A stretch of 64,000 bases of DNA from Paragordius varius (taxonomy: Eukaryota > Animalia > Nematomorpha): positions 14,012,001-14,076,000 of the forward strand of contig OZ176051.1 in NCBI GenBank assembly GCA_964247055.1, in the 5' to 3' direction. How positions within the stretch are numbered: position 1 is the stretch's first letter; each line of letters opens with the position of its first letter. Positions 26,671 through 41,182 of this stretch are shown here, in pieces. Both the position numbers and the translations under genes were made by a program. The notes below the pieces were generated by a model. The model saw only the letters and a list, made by a program, of their open reading frames with translations, was not told the DNA's origin and made no database searches.

Positions 26671-26986
26671 CCCAGCAAAAATATTATGTGTTAAACAAAC
26701 GTTTTACAGATATTTCTAAGGGTTGTTGATTGTTTCACTACTTTTAAATCCTATATTGCAATAATATACTTTATAGTTCCCACTCATGTAAGATTTCAAA
26801 ATAAAACATAATATAAATTTATACACTCATAAACCAGATGAAAAAAATAAAAAATAAAAACAATATTTTTTAGTTTTATTTTGATATATAAGTTGTTTTG
26901 GAATAAAGTATGAATGTTAAGATTTTAATAGTAAATAATTGAAATTTTAATATAGTTTAATAAAAAAAATTTTGTGTTTTAAAAGA
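26117..26986 (+). repeat. ~325-bp near-identical direct repeat (26117-26442 and 26667-26986)
   Basis: Both copies begin atatcccagcaaaa and differ at few positions. Confidence 0.9.
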
Positions 26987-28337
26987 TATCATAAAACATG
27001 GTACTTTTGGTTTTAAGCTTTGCAAATATTAAGAATATTTACACTTTTGCGCCATATGAAAAAATTGAGAAATTTGCGGAAATCATGCTACATAAAATAT
27101 TTTGAAAGCTAGTGATTCATTTCAAAATAATATATGATATATATATATATATTATAATATATATGATATACAATGTATAAAAGACTATATAAAAGTTCTC
27201 ATTTTAACCCCCTTTTAAATAGGTTACCCGAGGTTTCGCGCAATGAACCTTTTTTTGAAAAAGCATATTTTAAAAATTTAATTTACAAAATTTTGAATAA
27301 CCGTATCTTATTCAGTTCAAAACCTAATTGAAACATTAACACATTAAGATATTATAAATACTCATTTTCTATACAGTTCTACTAGGTTAAACATTCTTAT
27401 TAGCTTAGATTTTGGATTGGATGAAAATTTGATTTCTTCTGACTTATTATTTTTATAAACAATCTTAGCCACGGTTAATGCATTCTGAATCTGTTAAACT
27501 CAACCCCAATTATATAATAGAGAGTCATTTCTTGTGATTAAAATGATCAATGCCTATATCCTTAATAAATAATTAGAAGTTAAATATATCTCAAATATTT
27601 TGTTCACATATTAATAATCTAATTTTTAAATAAATGTAATTTAATATTAAGAGCGAATAAAATTAATTCATATTGTCTGTTGCAGGGCTTCTTAAACTAT
27701 TGGTCACGACCCCATTTGGGGTCGCGTAAAATTATGGAGTCGCGAATGATAAAAATACAATTTTACAAATAATGTTTAAATTTTAAAATTATTGTTCTAA
27801 AGTAAAATAACAACCATCGTAGAAAAAAATATATCATAAAATCTTCTGGTTCGGAAAGACTGTGTATACCAGCATTTCTATTCCGATAATTATAATCTAT
27901 AAATTTATAAAAATGGGAATGCTGGCTTTGTGATCGGTTTTGGAAAACCGGTAGGCCCATTCAAATCCAAATGTCAAAAAAATATAATCATTAATGAATG
28001 CCCCGACAATAGCTTCGCCCTTTTTTGAATTAGGCCCACATTTCGGGCCCACCCCGTGTAAAAAACGGATTTTTTTGAAAACACAAGTCCACAAAAATCG
28101 GGTCTTTAAGACAATATTCCGGAAAACGTGTTGATCTATTTCAAATATGATTTTTTTACGTGTTTTCGATTGCGCCGAACATACTCGGCTTACTTTTTTA
28201 ATTTAGGCTCTCTTTTTACCCGCTCCCTCCGTAATGCCATTTTTAAAAAAAAACTAAATAATTTTTTTCCCAGGGTATAAGACCGTTATAATTCAATGAG
28301 GACTCCAGGTATTCCCTGTTAAAAGGCAAAAATTTTA

Positions 28338-31300
28338 GACCCATGTTCAAGTAAGTATTACTTACGTCATGCTTATATTTTTGAATAAATATCATATATT
28401 CATTTAAGTCTGCTAGTAGACTTATTAAAATTTTAAAAATATTGCAAATTTTTGAATTCTGTAAATTGGAGGATGGAAAGTAGTGTATTTAATATATAAT
28501 ATATAGGTTTGAGCCTAAATATTTTGGCATTAAAAGGGGTTTACACAACCCCTCTTAAAAAATTGATAAATCCTAAAACATGCATGCAAACAAAGTTTTC
28601 TAGATGATATATGTACGCCATTTATCGAACTATATTTTTTAGATTTATTTGAGTCTGGAAATTCAAATATTTGCATACTTTGTGAAATTTAAAAATCTAT
28701 CCAGTTTTTGAATCCTTTAAATTGGAGGATAAAATATCATGTATATATAACTAATTATTTATAGGTTTTAGAGATTAATCTCTTAAACATCTTTGTTACA
28801 AAAAATATATCTGGAACAGAATTAAAAAATATAATGGTTTTTTTTTTAATTTTGGCAATTTTTTAGCGTAATTTATGGTCTTTAAGATATTACAAAAACA
28901 TTTTTTATATATAATTCGATGATGCTTAACATTTCTATCACCTCAAAATTTTGATTAGCTTTTGCTTTAAACGGGTAAATATTTAGGGTCTAAAATGTGA
29001 CTTTTGGAGTCTACGCTTAAAATTGTAAACTTCATTTTGGTTTAAAGTTTAGTTCATAAGTTAATGAATCTTTTAAAGGGAAGTATTTAACTTTCACTAA
29101 AAAATTTATAATTTTGCCTAATTTGCAACTTTTCGATAAGGAACAACTACAAAATTGGATTTAACTCTAAATTATTCCTTACACCTAAAACCAAAAGCAC
29201 CATGATATTCCTAATATGCAATATATTTAATTCATCATGATATTTTTATAGCCTCCAATTTTGTGCACTGTGGATTGAAATGATTTGACGCTTGCAAGGT
29301 GGAAAGATATAGTAAATTCCAAATATTATATATTTATTGTCAATAAATATATTTTTATGCATCTAATAGTAAAAATTTTATAAAAATCCAATAAAATGGG
29401 TAGATTCTTCAATGCTTCATCCTCAAAATGCAAAAAGTTCGCAGATATTTCAATCGCCATGACATCAAAGTCTAAAAAATATAGTTAAATCAATTGCACA
29501 CCTTCTAAAAAACTTTAAATTTTACATGTGTGTTCCAGATATTTTTTAAGCAGTTTAGATAACTAAGATGTGTAATAGATCGATGTTTATAAAACCAAAT
29601 TATTTGTTATATATACAGATTTTCTGTCCTCCAATTTAAAGAATTCAAAAACTGGGTATATTTTTTACTTCACAAAGATGCAAATATTTCGATTTCCATA
29701 ACTCAAATAAATATAATTCGATAAAATGCGTACCTATTTATTCTAAAAAACTTTGGATTTTGCATGCATGTTTTAGGATTTATCTATTTTTTAAGAGGGG
29801 TTGTGTAACCCCTTTTAATGCCAAAGGGTTGAAGCAACATTACTCAAACCTATCTATTATTTGTTAAATATACTTTACTTTCTATCCTCCAATTTACAGA
29901 ATTTAAAAATTCGCAATATTTTTAAAGTTATGCCACTTAGAAATTTTAGGTCTACAAGGAGCAGACTTATGATAAATATTAGATATTTATTCAAAAATAT
30001 TAATGTGACCAGATATTTTGAACTTGAACGCAGTACAAAATTAAAACATACTTTGCCTGTTTTTACACCCGCGTGGTATGCACAGTTTCCACAAATCTCC
30101 AGATGAATGATAGGAAAATGTCAGGATTATCATGATGCTTTTTAACATTTGCGAGTTAAAGAAAATATTTTGACATTTGTGGCAGGTGCTTTGTATAAAA
30201 TTGTCATGCGCAATTTTTCATATTTTTTGGTTAAAGCTAAATGCTTTATTTCAAAAATATCACTGCAACATAACATAAACTACATATAAAAAGCAATATT
30301 TTTCAAAAATTTTAAATTTTTAGATGTGGGCTCTAAAAGTCCCAAAGGCTTTTAAATGGACTGTTCTAAGCAAAAATTCCGACATTGTGCAATTTTTAAT
30401 ATATACTAAATTTTGATATCAACCAAATATATATTTAAAGAGCTTATAAAAATTTAATTTTAGCAAAATTTTATGAAGCGTACTTATTATTTTAAGCATG
30501 ATGCAAACGATATAAACGGTTAAAATGTTACAACATTTTTTATAGATAATTATGCTAATTCTCAATCATTTTGATAAATTATTCGTTCATTATTTATGTT
30601 AAATAAAAATTGTTTTTTTTACAAAAATTCACAAAATTTGCAAGAACAAACCTTTAAATTAAAATTTTTAGCCTATAGCAATGTTCAACATCATGTTATT
30701 TGGAAGGGATTTATTATTTAAAGCGTTATACCGTTTCCATCATGCTTCAAAATCGTTAAAGTACGCTTCAACAAAATATCTCAAATTTGTTCATAAAAAA
30801 ATAAGAAAACTAATAAAAATTAAAATTTAGGAAAAAAATTAAGTAATATATCACCTCCCACCTAATGAGTATAGAAACGTAAAAACTCATAATTTAATAC
30901 AAAAAGGTTATTTTGAATATGCCATATATAAATTTAATATAATATGTTACGGGGTTAACAATTTTCTATGTAATTTTCCGTTTGATAATTATAACAAAAA
31001 AAACTTGCTAAACATCAAACATTTATTAAAATATTATAAATTAATTTTGTAAATTTTAATTCAGACACCTCTTTTTGCGGAAGCCCTAAGTGAAAGAGCT
31101 ATTAGCTACGGTGTCCGAGATTTATAGTTTCGCCACTGCGCGAAAGGCTGCAATCCTAAGTTTTATATATGATTCAAGCAGAAAAGTTAATATTAACCAA
31201 TTAAAAATAGGTCATCTTAGTTTTTTACCGCAAAAACCATTCTTTTACAAATTATGGTTATTTTAACTTAGGGTATAATATTATATTCTAAAATAATTTT

Positions 31301-31530
31301 TTTAAATAAATAAAAGATATTAGTATATTATTAAAAATTATTAATTTCAAAAAGCAGTACAAAAGTGGGCGCAGTACTGGCGCAGTTTTTTTCTGAAAAC
31401 ACAGTGCTGTGCTGCGAAAAACAGCCAATATGGTCACATTAAAAAATATAAGCATAAGGACGTAAGCATAACGATTAAGCATAAGGACTTAAGCATAAGG
31501 ACATAAGTAGCACTTACTTGAACATGGGTC
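28338..31530. mobile_element. PIF/Harbinger-like non-autonomous TIR element nested in the Helitron
   Basis: TIR gacccatgttcaagtaagt / acttacttgaacatgggtc; TSD TTA/TTG; empty site aattttagtcttg in Helitron copy C; ~13-14-bp aagcataaggac subterminal repeats at 31448-31505. Confidence 0.75.
28375..30000. repeat. ~1.6-kb foldback with ~450-bp inverted arms
   Basis: atatttttgaataaatatc / gatatttattcaaaaatat outer ends. Arms pair to ~28820 and ~29530. Confidence 0.8.
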
Positions 31531-32796
31531 TTGGTCTTGTGTTTTTTAATATTGGCTGCAGGTTAAACAGATAGCCGCTAAAACTGCGCCACTATATAGA
31601 AATTGCGTTGTTTTGGAGCTATTTACATATATGAGGCCATATGAGCTCATTAAAAGTTTGAAATATTACCCATAACTAGTTAAAAATTAAGGTGGGGCTT
31701 TTCCGTTAATTTGGGACCTTTATGCCCTAAAGATACGCCATCATATAACGATTATATAGTGTTGAGGTATTTTTTCGAATAACCCAAGAGGCGATGGTAT
31801 CAAAGATGATTCCAAATATTTGCCCTATAAAAGCAAAGAATTTAACTTAGCGCTTTTTCGATATAGGTCTATGGGTGGGGGTCTACCGGTTTACAACTGA
31901 GACGCCATACAAAATGGCGTTGTTTTGGAGCTACTTTTCAAAAAAAACTTAAGAAGCAATACATGTTCAGTTAAACAAATTTCCGGCGAATTTGTATACT
32001 ATTATTCTTTTCTTTAAAAAGGGACCACAGATGATTTATTTTTCATATCCCTTGATCCCAGCTGTGCGAACACAATTTCAAAATAGAACTTTTAACCATA
32101 ATTTCATAAAACGAAAATCTTAAAATAAGTCCATTTGAAAAACTTTAATATGGGACAGTTAAATATGGTTAATTTCGAGTAAACAATATTTGAGCCTATG
32201 CAAAAACCCGTAAAAGAATAATAAAAGACTTTCTTTTTATTGAATATGTTTAATATTTTTTTATGTCCATTACCTCTATTTATTGCAAATTATTAAGAAT
32301 AATTATCGGTGAGACTACGTCACAGAGAAGCGTGACAGGGCCAGCTAGTATCTTGATAAATTTACTATGAATCACAAAATGTTTTAGAAATTTATAAAAA
32401 ATGTAGATTTATCTTTGTCAATCTCTTAAAACCGAAATAATTTTGATTTATATTATCAACAAAATTAAGTGTTATTTCGAAGAAACTATTATTTTTCTTT
32501 TATAATTGTTGGGGTCGTTAAGAAACTCGCAATCATAAATGAGGTCGGGCACTACAAAAGTTTAAGAAGCCCTGGTCTATTGTCATTATAAAACATTTCT
32601 CAGTCTTAAAAACTTTCCCCGTCAGTCGAAACAATTTCCCAATCAAACCAAACTTTTTCCCAGTTAATCGAAACGTTTTCTCAAACAATCGAAACGGTTT
32701 ACTTTGTAATAATAAATATTAAAATAAGATATAAAAATATTATCATGTTTAATCTGAATCAAACATGATATTATTTTATTGACAATGCATTATTAA

Positions 32797-33248
32797 CTCC
32801 AATATGGCGCAACTATTAAATAATTTTATAAATAATATTTTTAATGTCAAATCTATTTTCAGAAATTTAAACTCCAAACATTTCATGTAATTCAAAATTG
32901 AATATTTGTTGGCCTGGTTCATCCTTTTTCTGCTCATAAACCTTAGTTATAAATGGCGTGTTTAATAAATAATGTTAACGAAATTTCCCTAACCAAATCT
33001 TATAAGTAATTATCACATTTGCATAAGGAGAGAAAACAGGATGAACAATTACAAAAACAAATATAATTTGAGTTAATTTAGCTAGGAAACACCTAAACTA
33101 ATTTAAAATAATGTGAAAAATTGAAAGGAGAATCAGAAATGTTTAAAAAATAAAATGTTTGAGGTTATAATCGAGGTATAAATGGATTAAAGGTAAAACA
33201 ATATGATTTAATAAGATTAAAACCTTTAATAGTTGCGCAATATTGGAG
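32797..33248. mobile_element. TTAA-flanked MITE (piggyBac-like)
   Basis: ttaa|ctccaatatggcgcaactattaaa ... tttaatagttgcgcaatattggag|ttaa. Confidence 0.75.
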
Positions 33249-36200
33249 TTAAAAATAAAAAATTGCAATAATGATTTTACTAAAAACTTGTTTAACACTT
33301 CGATTCAAATTGGAATATCTAAAAACCCCAGACTAAGAAAAACTACTGAAGGAAACGGTCCCATTTTAAAATTTTGCTTCTATCCTAATAATAATTAAAT
33401 AAATCCAAAATATCTAATTAAAATTTTTTTTGAAAAAAAAGTTCCATGTCAAACTACTTCGACGCCATTTTTATTTATAAATTTTTTGCAAAAATATAGT
33501 CTTCATTTAATTCTAAGGGTAAAATTAAAGTTATTTTTTAAATTACATTTAACATTGATAGAAATAGAAAAAGCGGTTTATTTTGTAATATAATTCAATT
33601 ATACCATTGCACACATGTCACATTGACTATATTTTTACCTTTCGGTTTTAGCTTAAAATAAGTAATATAAAGTATTTTTGAATAAAATTTATTATAAATT
33701 TCGGTTTATTACTGTTATATAAGTGCAAAATTTTGCCATGGTTTCAATTCCTTCCATATTTTTAAATAATTTTATTTTAAACAAGCCTGGGGTATTTAAC
33801 TACCCCAATTTTAATAGAACGACCAAAATGAATGTGTTGTATCCATGTGTTAATTCTTATAATGATCAAAGTTAATTTTATATTTTGATTATTAATATAA
33901 AAAATAAAACCGTTTTTAATGAATGGGAAAATGCTTTTATTATATTGGAAAATGTTTCAATTGTATGGGAAAACGTATACTGGAAAAATGTTTTTTTAGG
34001 CTTGGAAATGGTATACTATTAGAAGCTATTTGTAAAAATGTGGAAATTTGATGTTTACTTTACTAAATAAACATTAACATTATATGTTTTTAAAAATTAA
34101 ATAACCTTGGATATGATATATTTACAATAACAGTTTTATCTAAATGTATGGCAAGCAGGTAATAAGATGAATATTTGTTATTCACCATCATTTTTTGGGC
34201 AATAAAGCTTAGTTTTTCATTAAATTTTTGATACATTCATGATATGCAAATAAAATGACAACAACATAAAAATAAGCTCCAAATATATCCTTGTATGTTG
34301 CAAAAGAATGTAAATATTAACATATCATCCATCAATATTTTTTAGCAATATTATTTTTTGGGATAACTTTATTTAAATAATCCAATCGCTACTGATTTAA
34401 AAAATAAAATTAATGATAGATATACAAACAGTTGCCGAAAATCGAAGGATAAAAAAGGCATCAAGCTTCGCATGGTGTTTTTGATTTTGGGGTTTCGAGT
34501 TAAATCGCACATTATTTTAACAAAATTATTTTGTAAAATTTTAAAACTTCTTTCAAAAAATTGCATTTAAACATAGCAAAATTTATATTTAAAAACAAAA
34601 CGATATATTTGAAAGTATAAATTTTAGGTATAGATTCCAAATATCTCCAACTTGGGATATGTTAAATATAAAAGGCAAATAGCGCGATAGATTATTGAAA
34701 TAAATTAATAAAGCCCACTATATAATGTGGATATCAGCTGATTCAGCAGTCTGAAAAAAGGTATCGTGCGCCTATCACCGTTTTATTAATAAGTAAAGCT
34801 TTTACACGACATTTGTAGCGCAAAAAATACTTTTTGCGTCAAAATATTTAATTTACAAAAACAACTCTTTTTATGCGGCTCCATGTACCCCATAAAAAGA
34901 GTTCGAATGTATATTAAACTGTAAAATTGATTAATATTAATTTTGGCTGACATATTTAACCATTGCTTTTTTTTTATAAAAACAAAACATAAAGAGTAAA
35001 TTTTCATCACACCCAAAATTACATTTTATGCTAATAGCTAAAATTCAATTGCACATCCCATCACCTGGTGTATTTTTTTTATTTTACCGCGCTCTATTCT
35101 AGAACAAAATCTAATAATGTTTAACAAAATTATAATATAAAAAATGAACACCAACTATTAATTTTTGCTAAATTATTGTAAATGTATTGCTGTAAAAATG
35201 TGTTTTCAAGTATATCTGATAGTTATATTTTTTGTAATGCGCAATTATTAGTATCATTTAATTTTATTTCGTTTGGCTAAGGTAATGTTTAAATAATAAA
35301 AATTGGATCAAACAGGTATAAACACTACACAAAATTGTATAACACAAGCCGTAAGGGATTCATTTTTTACTTCATTAATTTGTCTTAAAATTTTTATTTT
35401 AAAGTAAATCAATTTATATTCCATGAATTATTTAAAATAAATTTCTTAAAGTAACATACCTGCATTAGTAATGGCTTCTCCTATACTATATTACCTTTAA
35501 ATATGCTATTCTTCAAAATACTTTTAGAACGATTAGCCACTGTTTCTGTGAATCTTGCGCTGTTTCTGAGTTCGAACTCTGGCACACCAACTGATCACAA
35601 TGTAAGAGTCTGAAGCTCTGCCATTTTATTAAAATGATTTAATATCACAAAAGGTGCAAAAATGAAAACAATAAATAAATTAGAGAATCAAAATTTTTTT
35701 CGACTGAAGGCGCCATTTATTGTGCTACTATTCTCTGAAAATGGTATAAGTCTTTTACCATTATGCTGGCTTATTAACATTATTTTTGGTGAATTTAATA
35801 GAGTGGAGTGTGTTATACCGCAATTTTTGTCTGGAAATAGGAAAAACTGTATTATTTTAGCATATCGTTGTTTTTACCCATATACTAATGTACTGTCAAT
35901 TGACCAACAATGTTCATACTGTGTATTCCAAAAATAATATACCATATAGAAAATTGAGTTATTCATGGTGTTAATGATGGTTAAAAACTATTTGAGTCGT
36001 ATGGTAATTTATTTTTGTTTTAGTAAAAGCTGATTTTTAATTTTTAATTCATTATATTAAATTTTTGTTAATACATTGCAATCAGAATAAAATCATAGGG
36101 GTTAAAACACAATAATTTATTTATTATCTGGTAGAGTGCTCAATACTTGCATCATTTAACAATTTACATCGATTTTAATTTACGTATATATTTTTCTGCT

Positions 36201-37454
36201 TACCCAGGGTTGCTAATAAACCAATTTATATTACATTTGATAATATTTTTCCCTTACACTCCTATCACCATATCACCCAGAAACATAGTCAAATAATGTA
36301 AGTCTATTTATTAAATAAATAAACATATATAAAAAAATTTTTTCTATCATAACAAGCGAATTTTTTATTCAGATGTTTGTTTGATTATTATCGTTTCCTT
36401 TACAAATAAAACTGGTTGCGCATTTGTCACATCAAATTTTTACATCAGTTATAAAAGGGTTGTTTTTTATTAATATTATTTATTTTTTACATTTCATTTC
36501 CAAAAAAATAATATGAGCCAATTTGCTTTACGGGTAGCGTTTACCTTGATTTTGTGTATCATTCCAACCTTTTTATCCATTAAGTCAAAAGATCACGGAG
36601 GTAACATTAGAAAATTTATTTCCATTCATTTTAGATATTGATTGCAGTCAAGCGATCGAAAAACACTGTCAAAATATAAGTAAAAGTGAACCTGATCAAC
36701 TCCCAATTAATTACAGAACCTTTATTAAAGATTTAAGTAAATTAGCTAAAATAGCGCATAATTTTTAAACTTGATTGATATATCTTATTATATTTGCACT
36801 TTTAAAGATAATCATAAACCAATATCCACCAATCGATACCTCTCTAATGTTAAAGCAGTGTACGATTCTTGTCTTGCCTATCAAAATAGTACCCAAGGTA
36901 ATAATAATACATTAGCTATCGAGGAGATTCGAAGATTCCTCAATAAGTATGGTAGCTTAAGTCAGAATAGCTATGTAAATGCAACGCTCACGAATGATAC
37001 CAAAAATTATGATGCAATTTTAGAGCTCTTGAGTGATAATTTCATGTTAGTCCCAATGAGTTTTGATTACTCAGTTCATGAGCAAAACGATTCGTCAAAC
37101 GAAACAATGCCTAAACTGATTGTTAATGAGGTCTACATGTATTACTTAAATATAATAACGGACCCAAAGATGTTTGAAGATGAAATTAAGATGCTGAAAT
37201 CTTTATATCTAGCAATGGGCGGCATCCAAGAAAATTGGCAGGCCCTGAATGTTACCTACAATTATCTAATTAACGTTATCATGGCACAGGTTTAATCAAT
37301 TGCAATAAATTTTTTTACCTAAACAAAAAAATTATTGCGATTTTTTTCATAATGTTTAAATATACTTGCGTATGTTGGTAAAAAAAGTTTAGCTTAATAA
37401 AATTAAGCGCATTTTTGTTTGATATCTTATATACGTCCTATTTATTTTGATTAG

Positions 37455-37595
37455 CACCCGGATCAAGAGGGTTCGGGGATGGAGATAAATATTTCTGGAT
37501 CTTCTTCAGGTTTTCCATACTCAGGCACCAGCCATCCTCTTGAGGAGGAAAATTCTGGTTTAACCTCAGGATCCGCTAGTGGCTCAGGATCAGGA
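37455..37595 (+). CDS. Phase 0-0 Ser/Gly-rich exon of the M13-like gene
   Basis: ttttgattag| HPDQEGSGMEINISGSSSGFPYSGTSHPLEEENSGLTSGSASGSGSG |gtatat; 141 nt, compatible with the flanking phase-0 exons. Confidence 0.7.
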
Positions 37596-38171
37596 GTATA
37601 TAAATAGATATTTTAAGTATAATTTTGGTTCAAAATGTAGCTATATAAATCTTTTATTTTAAAAAGTACCACTTTCAAAAAGTATTAAATATTATAAAAT
37701 GTTGGCTAGTATATTGCATTCTAAGGATAAATCCGAATCTAATATCTACTACCAGGATTCAAAGAGCCTTTTTTAATTAATCACAAGTAGATGATAAAAA
37801 ATACACTGTTTAAATGATTATATAGCTTTGATATTTGTATATTTTAATAATAATAATTTTTTTTCAAGAAATGGGAAAATATAACCTCTATATGTTATAA
37901 CAAATTTTTTTTAAATAATAACATATGATCAGCTTGTTTGGCACATAGAGAAATGGTGATTTTATTTAATAAAATATTATTAAAAAACTCGTGTACACAT
38001 GTTAAATATAGAAGTTTTACTTTAAAAATATATATATTTTCGCCATCAGGCACCATATTAAATTATAAAATATAATAGTATTCCCTATTACATAATTAAC
38101 CCGTTGGCTAAAATTATCGCATATATTTGCATTTTATATGCTACACATAAAATATTGGAGCCATTTAAACA

Positions 38172-39410
38172 CAGAAGCGTGGCTTAAATTTCTGGCGCAT
38201 GGTCCATGAATTCCACGCTCTTTCCCTCCCTGCCCTTTGCATTTTAAAAAATCAAATTCAAACCGTAAGCGGCGAAATGTGGCTCGTCATAAACAGAAAC
38301 ATGTAAAAAAATATGTTTCTATTATTTCTTTGAAAACGACGGCTTGCTTAGCAAATGTATCAGTAATAAAAAATAATATTAACTTTTGCGTGAAAAGTTC
38401 GATTTAGTTAAATATAAATAGTGTATAAAAGAAGTATTTAAACTGCAATCGGTGGCCCGAATCAAAGATTTTTTTTGAAAAAAAGGCTTGCGTACGAAAA
38501 TAGAGTGGCAATCATTAGGTATTAAAACATTAAAAAAAATCCCAAAAAAGTTGAATATGAATTTTCATGAAAACTGCATCCCTAGACATAAATATATCAC
38601 ATCTCATATATGATTCCCATTTATTTATAACTCTTCACTTATCAATATTGATTTATAAAATATACAGTATGAGTATGTATCATTGCTAGTTTTTCATTGA
38701 TTATGCCAAATAGCATATGCAGCAAAGAGAATTATTATTGGCTAATGTAAGAAGTGAAAAAATACATTAATATTGCCCTTTGCTGTATATGCCATTTGGG
38801 AAAAAACAATGAAAAACTAGCAATGTATACTTACTCATTCTGTATATGATGGCCATATGTTAAAATATTGGTTCATTATGTACATTAAAATTATTTTAAA
38901 TAGTTGTATTAAATTAAATATATAATCATATTTGATACCTCTCTAATGGATATAGAATAACGAAAAAAGATAAATTTTATTTACGAACAATAGAAAAAGA
39001 AAAAAGGCACTTATAATATCAATTTTAAATTTAAAGGATTTTGTCATGATGGGTGGCATTAAGCAAGCAATATATATAATTTTGAAAGAAAACTAATATA
39101 TAATTAATAATGATTTTATCCTTATATTGGACACTCTGATGATTTAAAGCAAATATTTGAAGGGAGGTATTATGAAAAGACTGATGTTAAAAAAGGTAGG
39201 CGCTTGAAGAAGAAGTGGAGAGATATAATAAATAAGGATGGAAACAGTTGGTTAGATTAAAATATTGATAACATTGAAGGTTATGACCACTTTAATAACT
39301 TTTAAATACTTATTGTTTAAAAAAAGTACAAATTTTTAAAATCCGGCGCGTCTTAACTATGGCGCTCGCTGCATCAGCCGCCTTTCCCCCGCCCCCTAGC
39401 TGCGCCACTG
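38172..39410. mobile_element. Non-autonomous hAT element with a nested MITE (38665-38842)
   Basis: Termini cagaagcgtggct / agctgcgccactg; 8-bp TSD tttaaaca/tttgaaca. Confidence 0.8.
38665..38842. mobile_element. Palindromic Tc1/mariner-type MITE
   Basis: ta|cagtatgagtatgtatcattgctagtttttcattg ... caatgaaaaactagcaatgtatacttactcattctg|ta. Confidence 0.85.
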
Positions 39411-41182
39411 TTTGAACAATGATATATAATATATGTAATAAACTAATCTTATGAATATGTATCATTTAAATAGTTGTATCATAATAATAATATTAAATTT
39501 TTTGGTTTTTAAGAAAATTGGTAGCTTTCTCAATGTTATAATATAAAATATTTAAAAATGTGTGTTTTGACAAAATTTAACTCACCAGGTTATATATATA
39601 ATATGTAATAATTTATTAAAGTTTACCAAAACGACTACAACTGGAAAGTATATCAAATGCGAAAATATTGGCACCAATATTGATTGGGAAGTAAGAACTT
39701 TTATGTAAACTCAATATTTTAGGAACTCAAGAATATTAGTGATCCCAATGTGATATATCAAGTAAAATATAATTGTTAATCTTTTTTATCAAAAAAATGG
39801 CTAGAAAATAGCGTTTGCCGTTATGAGAAAGCGCTGGAATAAACATGGAATCCTATGCAAAGAACAAATAAAATTTAATGATGAACAACCCAAATTTACC
39901 AAAATGTATGGCTCATTTGTCGGAACTTTGTTGAAGGGAAACAACATGTAAGTGGGATAATAAGAATGACCGGTAAATAAATAACTCTTTCAATTACTTG
40001 GCCCAACTACAACGCCATTTTTACTAATTCAGTATTGAAAAACGCTATTTCTAAACTATATCTTATTCATAGAATGTTAAAAGATTTTCTAATCCTATAT
40101 GTCGCAAATATGTTGGCACCATACACCGTCCCTGATTTTAGAGATCATCAGGCGAGGTTAAACGAAAGCCAAAATTATTTTAACTCATATAATCTGGAAG
40201 CTAGGTGTGTAAATATGATATCATCCGAGGAAGTGGATTTATCAAAATACTCAATTTATCTTAGTCAACAAAATTTTTCCGTTTCTGAAGTAATAATGTT
40301 TTTTTCTTACATTATGATATAAAGCACTGTTAATTTTTGTTCTATAGTTTGCTTTATTGATTTTTATAACAGTTACAAAGTATGGTAAATAAGTATCTCA
40401 ACAAAACCGATTTCCACAAACGATATTACGCAAATGATTCAGTAAATTTTTTAATAGCTATTTTTGCAGGAATTTAGTGAAATCGTATCAAACATGTTCG
40501 TCCAGCAACATAATTCGATAGAAATGGTATGCATATATCATTAATTTTTTCAATTTATTATTGAGTTTTGTGTTGGGAAGTTAGTTTGTAAACATTAATA
40601 TCTTTTCTAAAACATTTACGCCTTTTTTCTACTTAGTAAGTTTCAAGTATAAGGGTTGTAATGTGTATTATTATTCATTAATAACGGGTCTTATGTAATA
40701 AAATTGAACACTAATAGTACATGAAAAAGTTTTTCTTAGACTTTAAATTAATATTTTTATTTTCAATAAAAATGACATAAAACCGTGCGACACAAAAAAA
40801 GACTGCAAATTACACAATTATAGACTTTTTTTTAAATGTAATACACCTCAGATTACACCTTGATTTCGAATTCGCCCTATTAATTATTATAAAAAATTAC
40901 CTATTTTTTGTTTTAAAAAGATAATTTTGTTAATACAACATAATACAGAAAAAAATGATAAATGCCATAAAAATATATCATCTCAATAAAAATGAGTAAA
41001 ATTAGACCAAAAACACATAATTTACTGTGATATTTAAATATTTTGAGATATTTGAGTGTTTAAGGGTAAATTTGGAGTGTCAATTTTATATACTGTGCCG
41101 ACAACTTCCGTAAAGTTAATCTCTCATATACGTATGTTTGTACATGAAATTGGTCAAACATTTAAAATTTATGAGAAATATA

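Larger units (their letters stand above)
27896..32348 (+). mobile_element. Non-autonomous Helitron, copy B
   Basis: A|TC 5' end; hairpin gtcac..gtgac at 32319-32336; CTAG|T 3' end; no TSD. Confidence 0.9.
27683..32574. mobile_element. Buster/Charlie-type hAT MITE hosting a Helitron
   Basis: TIR cagggcttcttaaact / agtttaagaagccctg; 8-bp TSD gtctgttg/gtctattg. Confidence 0.88.

Noticed and set aside
35450-35630. Minus-strand coding-like segment with a weak C2-domain resemblance (SDSYIVIS)
   Set aside because: Stops in all three frames, too short, and no supporting neighbouring exons.
37455-37595. Antisense reading TPDPEPLADPE resembling a venom or antimicrobial propeptide
   Set aside because: No start or acceptor in frame. 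It is the antisense shadow of the Ser/Gly exon, which has proper splice sites.
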